Sequence record: NC_027383.1
DNA length: 44,613 nucleotides
Reading direction: 5' to 3' (one strand)
From: Escherichia phage YD-2008.s
Shown: positions 1-6,921 of the stretch, one piece after another
Layout: every line of letters starts with the position of its first letter
Position numbering within the stretch: position 1 is the stretch's first letter
Made by a program: the position numbers and the translations under genes
The notes under the pieces: model-generated
What the model saw: only the letters and a program-made list of their open reading frames with translations
What the model was told of the DNA's origin: nothing
Database searches by the model: none

Positions 1-1
1 G

Positions 2-523
2 AACGTTCGCCCGGATGGTAAGAAAGCGCTCAAGATAGTCCGCACGAAGGCGAAGCATGACCCAACCTTCGACGAGGAGCGCGACGACCCGAACGCGGCG
101 GGGTGGTGGCTTAAAATTGAGTTGCCGTCGGGGCGCATCATGAGTTATCCGGGCATCGCGCTGTCTGTCACGACCGAGATCGACGAAGACACCGGCAAGA
201 AGCGCACCAGCACCCGCATTAAATACCAGGGCGAGAATCAGACGACGCGTCAATGGGGGTTCCAGTACACCTACGGCGGCAAACTGACAGAGAACATCGT
301 GCAGGCGCTGTGTCGCGATATCCTCGCATGGTCCATGCCGGGTGTTGAAGCTGCTGGATATGAGATCGTACTGTCCGTACACGATGAACTGATCACCGAA
401 GTGCCGGATACTGACGACTACACGACCGAGGAGCTTTGCGCGCTGATGTGCGACCTGCCTATTTGGGCGAAAGGCTTCCCACTTGCCGCGGAAGGCGATT
501 GTATGTATCGATACAGGAAGTAA
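2..523 (+). CDS. DNA polymerase, family A (Pol I/T7-like), C-terminal fragment; 5' part lies at 42859..44613
   Basis: Frame open from base 2 with no start upstream; translation contains ...YEIVLSVHDELITEVPD... consistent with family A motif C; stop TAA 521-523. Confidence 0.7.
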   Translation, partial: NVRPDGKKALKIVRTKAKHDPTFDEERDDPNAAGWWLKIELPSGRIMSYPGIALSVTTEIDEDTGKKRTSTRIKYQGENQTTRQWGFQYTYGGKLTENIVQALCRDILAWSMPGVEAAGYEIVLSVHDELITEVPDTDDYTTEELCALMCDLPIWAKGFPLAAEGDCMYRYRK

Positions 524-527
524 GATT

Positions 528-719
528 ATGAAAGCAGAAATGAGCATTATGCGCGCTGGCGCGGCGGAAAACGACGAGATTCGAATCGTCATTAGACTGG
601 AACGTGGCAAGACCATTACGGCACTTGTCACGCCTGAAAACCTGGCGCTGGCGCTAACCGGGCGATCGGATATACCGGTAGACCTTCGTCTGCGTAACGT
701 GGAATTGCAAACTAAATGA
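528..719 (+). CDS. hypothetical small protein (63 aa)
   Basis: Track ORF 483..719 trimmed to ATG 528, which is preceded by AGGAAG; stop overlaps next gene start. Confidence 0.4.
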   Translation: MKAEMSIMRAGAAENDEIRIVIRLERGKTITALVTPENLALALTGRSDIPVDLRLRNVELQTK

Positions 720-994
720 CACCCGAGGGCAAGATTCAAAGTCACCTTATGAAGCTGGTGAAAGCCGTCGGCGGATTCTGCCGCAAAGTGGCCTGGGAGG
801 GGCGCGCAGGTGCGCCCGATCTGATTATCATCATCAACGGCAAGATAGTTTTCGTCGAAGTGAAGCGCCCTGGCGGCAAACCGAAGCCGCACCAGGTACG
901 AGAACATGAGCGAATGGCCCGCCGCGGTGCGGACGTTCGCGTCATCGACAACATAGCCGACTGTGATTTATTGGTTGCTGAATTGGTCGCGTAG
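716..994 (+). CDS. VRR-NUC-like nuclease (PD-(D/E)xK fold), putative
   Basis: 92 aa; ...GAPDLIIIINGKIVFVEVKRPGG... gives a D-x(n)-E-x-K signature; overlaps upstream stop (operon coupling). Confidence 0.55.
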   Translation: MTPEGKIQSHLMKLVKAVGGFCRKVAWEGRAGAPDLIIIINGKIVFVEVKRPGGKPKPHQVREHERMARRGADVRVIDNIADCDLLVAELVA

Positions 995-1034
995 CAGTAT
1001 AGTGGGCCGGTTAGCCCTATCGAGGATTTTAGAA

Positions 1035-1208
1035 ATGATTGAAGAAAAACGCTGCAGTAATTGCGGCTGCGTTAAACCGCTATCCCAGTTCCACAAATAC
1101 ACCGGTAAGACTGCGCGCAGCCCAGACGGGTATCGTGCCGAGTGCAAATCGTGCCGCAATAAAAAAGAGCGCGAACGGCAGCGCCGCTACCGCGCAGAGC
1201 AAAAATAA
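1035..1208 (+). CDS. small zinc-ribbon protein (57 aa)
   Basis: Two Cys pairs CSNCGC...CKSCR, basic C-terminus; ATG 1035 chosen inside track ORF 963..1208. Confidence 0.4.
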   Translation: MIEEKRCSNCGCVKPLSQFHKYTGKTARSPDGYRAECKSCRNKKERERQRRYRAEQK

Positions 1209-1288
1209 TTAATACGGCGGGCTTGTCCCGCCATTTTTGGGAGACATGACGATGAAACCGAAGTCTGGGAAAAAGGCGAAATAAAGCT

Positions 1289-2713
1289 ATGGCAAGATTC
1301 CGACGTCGCGAATATCAGAAGTTGATAACCGCGTTCATCCTCAAGCATAAGCGATGTAATATCTGGGCGACAATGGGGTCTGGTAAAACTGGCGCAACCA
1401 TGTGGGCGCTGAATAAAATGTTCCAGACCGGCATCCTGTCCAACCAGGAGGACCGCGTACTGGTGCTGGCCCCTCTGCGCGTTGCATCCGGCACATGGCC
1501 CCCGGAACAGGAAAAATGGCGTTTCCCCGCCCTGCTGGTAGTAGACGGCACCGGGTCAGAGAAGGACCGCATCGCTGCGCTTGAGAGTGACGCTAACGTG
1601 GTTTGTATTAACTATGATGTAGTTGAGTGGCTCGTCGAGTATTGCGGCGACGAATGGCCCTTCACGGTAGTTGTTGCCGATGAATCCACTAAGCTGAAAG
1701 GCTATCGAAGCAAGCAGGGAAGTAAGCGCGCCCGTGCGCTGGCGGCGATCGCACATAAGCACGTCAAGCGCTGGATTAACCTGACCGGCACACCCGCACC
1801 AAACGGGCTGAAAGACCTATGGGGTCAGACGTGGTTTGTCGACGGTGGCGAACGCCTCGGTAGTAGCTATAAGGCATTCACGGATCGCTGGTTTATTAGC
1901 AAGCCTGTTAAGCCTGGCAGCTTTACTATGCAGCACGCCCCGCTTAAGAACTCCGAGAAAGAAATCCAACAACGCCTGTCCGACGTGTCGTTAACAGTTG
2001 ACGCGGCTGAATACTTCGGGTGTGACAAGCCAATCTATACGCCGGTTGTAGTGGACCTGCCGAAGAAAGCCCGCAAGATTTATGACCAGTTCGAAGCGGA
2101 GCTATTTGCGGAACTGGAAAGCGGAACTGTGGAGGCGGCGAACGCTGCGTCGAAGACTATTAAGTGCCTTCAGCTTGCTTCGGGGGCCGTGTATAAAGTC
2201 GACGAAGACGGCGAGCGCACCGACGAATGGGTGAAAATTCACGACGCTAAACTGGACGCTCTGGAAAGTATCGTGGAGGAGTTGAACGGCGCACCGTTGC
2301 TCGTCGCGTACCAGTACAAGCATGACCTGGCGCGTCTCAAGAAGAAATTTCCGCACGGCGTTGCGTTGGGCAAGGGTAAGCAGGGCAATAAGGATATGGA
2401 AGCGTGGAACAGAGGCGAGATCCCCATCATGTTTGCGCACCCGGCATCGGCGGGCCACGGCCTTAACCTGCAGGACGGCGGACACCACCTTGCTATCTTC
2501 TCAGACACCTGGAACTTTGAGCACTTTTCACAGATCGTCGAACGTATTGGGCCTGTTCGCCAGATGCAAGCCGGACACCCTCGTCCGGTATTCGTCTACA
2601 TTATCCAGGCGCGTGGCACACTGGATGAACTGGTCGCGGAGCGTCGCGACAGTAAGCGAAACATTCAGGACGATTTAATGGAATACATGAAAGCTAAAAA
2701 GGCGCGCAAATGA
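1289..2713 (+). CDS. SNF2/DEAD-like superfamily 2 DNA helicase
   Basis: 474 aa; Walker A MGSGKTG, DExx box VVADESTKL, C-terminal helicase motif AHPASAGHGLNLQ. Confidence 0.8.
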   Translation: MARFRRREYQKLITAFILKHKRCNIWATMGSGKTGATMWALNKMFQTGILSNQEDRVLVLAPLRVASGTWPPEQEKWRFPALLVVDGTGSEKDRIAALESDANVVCINYDVVEWLVEYCGDEWPFTVVVADESTKLKGYRSKQGSKRARALAAIAHKHVKRWINLTGTPAPNGLKDLWGQTWFVDGGERLGSSYKAFTDRWFISKPVKPGSFTMQHAPLKNSEKEIQQRLSDVSLTVDAAEYFGCDKPIYTPVVVDLPKKARKIYDQFEAELFAELESGTVEAANAASKTIKCLQLASGAVYKVDEDGERTDEWVKIHDAKLDALESIVEELNGAPLLVAYQYKHDLARLKKKFPHGVALGKGKQGNKDMEAWNRGEIPIMFAHPASAGHGLNLQDGGHHLAIFSDTWNFEHFSQIVERIGPVRQMQAGHPRPVFVYIIQARGTLDELVAERRDSKRNIQDDLMEYMKAKKARK

Positions 2714-3405
2714 TTATCTGGTCATTGTTTGACGGCAGCGGCTTGATGATTGAGCGTGCTGCCGAGATGGGGCATAAGTGTTATTGCTTCAACTACTCCG
2801 AAGCCGATCACGGGTCGTACCTTGATTACCGGATTTATGGTCGCGGGATCCGATATCGCAATGAGTTTATTGATCTGGACTTCGTGGACCGCGCGATGAA
2901 TGGTGATTTCGGCACGCCGGATATCATCTATGCATTCCCGCCGTGTACGGATCTGGCGGTGAGTGGCGCGCCAGCTTTCCCGCGCAAACGCGCCCGCGAC
3001 CCTGCCTTCCAGCTTAAGGCGGTGCGCACCGCGAAGATTGCAGCTTACCTGGGTGATTTCTTCGAAGTGCCATATATGATTGAGAATCCGCGCAGCGTGC
3101 TTTCTACCCAATGGCGTAAGCCAGACCACTCGTTTGACCCGTGGGAGTATGGCGGCTATTTGCCGGAGGATGACGTGCACCCGCTCTTCCCGGAATACAT
3201 CAACGCCCGCGATTCATATCCGAAGCTGACCTGCTTATGGACCGGCAACGGCTTCCGTATGCCAGAGAAAAAGCCGGTATTCGTTGAAAAAGGGTACTCG
3301 AAGCAGTATAGTCGCCTCGGAGGCAAATCAGCCCGCACCAAATTAATCAGGTCGCCCACCCCGCGCGGCTTCGCAATCGCAGTCAATGAGGAAAATTTAG
3401 AATGA
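2710..3405 (+). CDS. DNA (cytosine-5)-methyltransferase, compact form
   Basis: 231 aa; motif I LFDGSG, catalytic Pro-Cys motif FPPCTDLAVSG, ENV-like IENP; ATGA overlap with helicase stop. Confidence 0.65.
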   Translation: MIIWSLFDGSGLMIERAAEMGHKCYCFNYSEADHGSYLDYRIYGRGIRYRNEFIDLDFVDRAMNGDFGTPDIIYAFPPCTDLAVSGAPAFPRKRARDPAFQLKAVRTAKIAAYLGDFFEVPYMIENPRSVLSTQWRKPDHSFDPWEYGGYLPEDDVHPLFPEYINARDSYPKLTCLWTGNGFRMPEKKPVFVEKGYSKQYSRLGGKSARTKLIRSPTPRGFAIAVNEENLE

Positions 3406-3725
3406 ACACTACATTCGAAGCCATCGACTTTTCAGTGGCAATGACCAATCAGCTTTTTTCCTACGACAGCAAAACAGGCGTTATCCGCCTAAAGTCCACC
3501 GGCTGCAAGATTGGCAACCTCAATACCGCCGATGGCGGTACTCGTATCGAATGCAACGGCAAGACGCTGTCTGGCGCACGCGTGGCGTGGATTATTGAGA
3601 CTGGCAATACAATCCCTCCAGGCTATGCCGTAGTGTGCCGTCAACGCACGCCAGGCCATTACGGCAACCGCATTAGTAACCTGTATCTGGTAGACGTTGC
3701 ACGCGACCCAAATTTTTATTCGTAA
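3402..3725 (+). CDS. hypothetical protein, HNH-endonuclease-like layout (possibly degenerate)
   Basis: 107 aa; ...NGKTLSGARVAWIIETG...PPGYAVVCRQ...GHYGNRISNLYLV resembles HNH_3-type nucleases but the usual catalytic His positions are substituted; ATGA overlap with upstream stop. Confidence 0.35.
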   Translation: MNTTFEAIDFSVAMTNQLFSYDSKTGVIRLKSTGCKIGNLNTADGGTRIECNGKTLSGARVAWIIETGNTIPPGYAVVCRQRTPGHYGNRISNLYLVDVARDPNFYS

Positions 3726-3730
3726 ATTGG

Positions 3731-3759
3731 TTGCATAACCGTATTGGTTGCATTATATT
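3731..3759 (+). promoter_or_regulatory. sigma70-like promoter TTGCAT-N17-TATATT with duplicated ATTGGTTGCAT box
   Basis: -35 TTGCAT 3731-3736, -10 TATATT 3754-3759; intergenic, ~45 bp upstream of ORF 3807. Confidence 0.5.
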
Positions 3760-3806
3760 GAGGGTGTCCGGTTTGGACGCCCTTTTTAATACCCGGAGAC
3801 AGTGCT

Positions 3807-4049
3807 ATGAAATCCTTATTTTTCGACTACGACGGCGACCTTCGATTTTGGGTGCTCCTCACCCTCATGATTGCCGTTTGTGTTTGCGTACCTACAGCGG
3901 CTATTTACTACACGGAACGCTACGAATGCAAGACCGTGTATGCCGAGCAAACCGGACGCAATACCCAATGGCGCTATGGTGTCTGCTGGGTGGAGATTGG
4001 CGGCAAACTTATTCCACGCAATGAAATCCGCACAACGGAGATTAAATAA
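3807..4049 (+). CDS. small membrane protein (80 aa)
   Basis: GGAGAC RBS before ATG 3807; hydrophobic segment FWVLLTLMIAVCVCVPTAAIYY. Confidence 0.45.
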   Translation: MKSLFFDYDGDLRFWVLLTLMIAVCVCVPTAAIYYTERYECKTVYAEQTGRNTQWRYGVCWVEIGGKLIPRNEIRTTEIK

Positions 4050-4514
4050 ATGAAAATTTTACAAGAAGAAAAAGATTACTGGGCCGCGCAATGCCTCGAA
4101 GCCCGCGAACAGGCCGAACGTGCGAACGCGCTGGCAGATACCTACCTGTCAAGCTATGAAACGGAAGAAAAGCGTCGCATGGAGTTAGAGGAGCGCTTCG
4201 AACTGCTTTTCGAACTGATGGGGATTATGCAGCGCACCGGATACACCACCAGCGTTGCACTAAACCGCGTCACGGCGGATGCGTTGCGGGAGCACTGTAA
4301 ACGTGCGGAGGAGTACGTGCGACCGAAGGGCCGCCAGTCTAAGGTTGACCGGAAAGACCTTGTGCTTATGGCGTGGCGCAACCCTACAAACGGCAGCTTC
4401 TACCCGGACGCGCGCCCGCTTAGTGCTGAGGAGTCAAAGCGCGTGCAACGCATTCTCAAAACCGGCAATAAAATCGCCCTGTATGCGATAGATCCAGACC
4501 ATGCAGAAGAGTGA
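4050..4514 (+). CDS. hypothetical protein (154 aa)
   Basis: ORF tightly packed in the plus-strand early operon; charged, helix-rich N-terminal half. Confidence 0.5.
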   Translation: MKILQEEKDYWAAQCLEAREQAERANALADTYLSSYETEEKRRMELEERFELLFELMGIMQRTGYTTSVALNRVTADALREHCKRAEEYVRPKGRQSKVDRKDLVLMAWRNPTNGSFYPDARPLSAEESKRVQRILKTGNKIALYAIDPDHAEE

Positions 4515-4986
4515 GCAAAAAGATAGCTGGCGCACGCCGCCAGCTTTATTTAAACCGCTGCGCCGGAAGTACAGATTCCGTTATGACATGGCGGCGAGCG
4601 ATGCCAACCACCTGCTACCGCGTTACTTCACGGCGGAGCACAGCGCGCTCGATGCGGACTGGTCAGAGTTGAAAGGGTGGAAGTGGTGCAACCCGCCGTA
4701 TTCCGATCCGCTGCCGTGGGTCGAGTGCGCGGCGCATGGACGTCGGACCGTCATGCTACTGAATCAGGACACGTCGACGAAGTGGGCTAAGCTGGCCCGG
4801 AAGACTGCAAACCTGATAATTCTTCTGGACTGGCGGATCCGATTCATACATGCAGTCACCGGTGAAGTCGGGCCGAGCAATAACAAGTGCCAGCAATTGA
4901 TAATCTTTGACGAAGCGCCACCCAGCGGCAGCGCACGAATTGAAATAATGAGCGAAGGAGAACTCCTTGAATATCTTAGTCGTTGA
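4501..4986 (+). CDS. DNA N6-adenine methyltransferase, phage Dam-like family
   Basis: 161 aa; catalytic NPPY motif (WCNPPYSD); overlaps neighbours. Confidence 0.7.
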   Translation: MQKSEQKDSWRTPPALFKPLRRKYRFRYDMAASDANHLLPRYFTAEHSALDADWSELKGWKWCNPPYSDPLPWVECAAHGRRTVMLLNQDTSTKWAKLARKTANLIILLDWRIRFIHAVTGEVGPSNNKCQQLIIFDEAPPSGSARIEIMSEGELLEYLSR

Positions 4987-5191
4987 TCGCAGTCCGCGAG
5001 TCGTGGACGAAATTGTTAAACGCTACCAAATTAATCCGAGGGAGAACAAAGTGCGGCGGGTCAGCCGCCCGGAGCAATTGCTCGGCCTGGACCTTACCGG
5101 TTGGCTTGTAATGACGGCCCGCTGCCATCTTGTGTGTGACACGTTTTCTGCCCGTATTGTTCGTGAAAATTTGATTGAGGAATTGAAATGA
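4967..5191 (+). CDS. hypothetical protein (74 aa)
   Basis: ORF overlapping both neighbours in the early operon. Confidence 0.4.
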   Translation: MNILVVDRSPRVVDEIVKRYQINPRENKVRRVSRPEQLLGLDLTGWLVMTARCHLVCDTFSARIVRENLIEELK

Positions 5192-5658
5192 AATTACTGA
5201 TTTGCGATTTGGATGGAGTTATTAACGGTTCAAGCGATGCGCGCGCTGACCTGGTGCCGGGTATAAAAACTAAATCCACCTTTTGGGCGAAGTGGCACAA
5301 AGCGCACGTCCGCGAAGACCTGAACATGGATATGCTGCCGCTACTGCGCATGTATAAAGAGCAAGGCTTCGAGATCGCGTATCTGACCAACCGGCAGCGA
5401 GAATGTTGGGACACCACCGCCGAGCAATTGGAGGTCTTCCCGGTAGGCCGGTTGTTTATGCGCCACATGCTGGACGACACCCCGCCGCCTGAGTTTAAAG
5501 CGTGCGCCGTGTTCAAAATGGTATGCTACGCGGACGTGTCGGAACTTGTCATCATTGAAGATTGCGAGAAGAACATCGCGGCAATTCGTCGGGCGTGTGG
5601 TGATTTGGTCCCGAAAATTTACGCAATAAACGTTGCAAAATTCACTTGCAACCAATAG
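5188..5658 (+). CDS. HAD-superfamily phosphatase/nucleotidase-like protein
   Basis: 156 aa; N-terminal DxDGV motif (LICDLDGVINGS) typical of HAD motif I. Confidence 0.55.
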   Translation: MKLLICDLDGVINGSSDARADLVPGIKTKSTFWAKWHKAHVREDLNMDMLPLLRMYKEQGFEIAYLTNRQRECWDTTAEQLEVFPVGRLFMRHMLDDTPPPEFKACAVFKMVCYADVSELVIIEDCEKNIAAIRRACGDLVPKIYAINVAKFTCNQ

Positions 5659-5675
5659 GTTGGTTGCACTATAGT
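5646..5675 (+). promoter_or_regulatory. sigma70-like promoter TTGCAA-N18-TATAGT overlapping an inverted GCAACCAAT/ATTGGTTGC box pair
   Basis: -35 5646-5651, -10 5670-5675; inverted repeat GCAACCAAT agg TTGGTTGCA inside the spacer. Confidence 0.45.
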
Positions 5676-5722
5676 AAACGTGTCGGAGGCAATACTGCCC
5701 CCTCACTAAAAAGGGTAATACT

Positions 5723-6277
5723 GTGAAAGCATACGAATACTGCAAAAACGCTGCCACCACTATGGAACAGCGCGGGAAAGAAAACGGCTATGACAACGCG
5801 AAAGAAGAACGCAGCGCTAAACAGATCGCCGCCGTGTTTAACGCGCTTACCGGTCGCGACCTTACCGAGCAAGAAGCCTGGACCTTCCTGATCTGCCTGA
5901 AGCTGGTGCGCCAGCACCGCAAGCACCAGGAAGATAACATCGTGGATCTGGTGGCGTATGCCGCCCTGCTGGGCGAGTCTTACATGACCGTTCATGATGA
6001 GATTCAGATCGATACAACGGCAGCACAATTCGATAGCCTCAAAGGCCTGTCCGTGCGCCTGGACGGCGAGATTAATGCGTATAACAGCGCAATTCGCGTT
6101 GCAGAGGACACGGTGGCCTCGTTCGGCAAGACGGTTAAGGCCACCAATTTTGGAGTTGTAGCCCAGGACGTCCAGCCTATGGTCGTGCTCACCGGCGAAG
6201 ACGGATCGAAAATCTGCATGACGCAGGAAGATTTCCGTAACATGGAAAAAACACTGGTGACTGGCGCACTTAAATAA
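5723..6277 (+). CDS. hypothetical protein (184 aa)
   Basis: GTG start with AAGGG RBS ~7 nt upstream; follows its own promoter. Confidence 0.5.
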   Translation: MKAYEYCKNAATTMEQRGKENGYDNAKEERSAKQIAAVFNALTGRDLTEQEAWTFLICLKLVRQHRKHQEDNIVDLVAYAALLGESYMTVHDEIQIDTTAAQFDSLKGLSVRLDGEINAYNSAIRVAEDTVASFGKTVKATNFGVVAQDVQPMVVLTGEDGSKICMTQEDFRNMEKTLVTGALK

Positions 6278-6319
6278 TTCTAATCGCGGGCTTCGGCCCG
6301 CATCAATGAGGGGTTCACA

Positions 6320-6895
6320 ATGTACGGCGAATATGAAATATCTGGTAAACAATTCCACCTGGCGGCAATGATAGCAAGCATCGAGTTTGACCAGTGGCGG
6401 TATAAGTCCGACGCGTGCAAGCAAAGCCGTCTTGTCGGTGTGCTGGGCGAAATGTTTGCAGGCATGTACCTCGAAGGCCAGGCGGGCGGGCGTAGTTGTA
6501 TCCCGCAAGGTTTGCTAATGCGTACCGGCCTGTTTAGCGCTAATACTATCGACCGCGGCGATATTATCATGGTCGGCAAGCGCAAGGTAAAATCCGGCCC
6601 CGACTTCCGAGAACATACGATTGATGCCGTCTGGACATACGAGGTCAAAGCTACCAGCGGCATCCGTCGCGGGCTGGTTGAGGCACGTTGCGCTCGCGAA
6701 TACCTTACCCGTCGCGTTGCCGGTGTTATCCTTGTGGGCGTAGATTTCGGGCAACATAGCGCGCGCGGCGTGATCGAGGATATCGCGGAGCCATACGTGA
6801 TAGTGAACGACTGGCCACTGGTGGAAGTGGATGGTAAGGAATACTACGAAAGCCCGCTGGTGCGGCGCAAAATGGACTGGGAGAACTCAAACTAA
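6320..6895 (+). CDS. hypothetical protein (191 aa), possible PD-(D/E)xK-like
   Basis: GAGGGG RBS before ATG 6320; DIIMVGKRK...TYEVKAT weakly resembles a D...E-x-K nuclease signature. Confidence 0.45.
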   Translation: MYGEYEISGKQFHLAAMIASIEFDQWRYKSDACKQSRLVGVLGEMFAGMYLEGQAGGRSCIPQGLLMRTGLFSANTIDRGDIIMVGKRKVKSGPDFREHTIDAVWTYEVKATSGIRRGLVEARCAREYLTRRVAGVILVGVDFGQHSARGVIEDIAEPYVIVNDWPLVEVDGKEYYESPLVRRKMDWENSN

Positions 6896-6916
6896 AAAAG
6901 GGGCCGTATGGCCCCT
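6896..6916. terminator. bidirectional intrinsic terminator between convergent genes
   Basis: AAAAAA GGGGCC gtat GGCCCC then T-rich; T-run on the minus strand, A-run on the plus side. Confidence 0.6.
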
Positions 6917-6921
6917 CCTAT

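Noticed and set aside
5669-6508. 279-aa minus-strand ORF
   Set aside because: Overlaps two plus-strand genes that have promoter and ribosome-binding-site support; Cys/His/Arg-rich translation typical of antisense frames.
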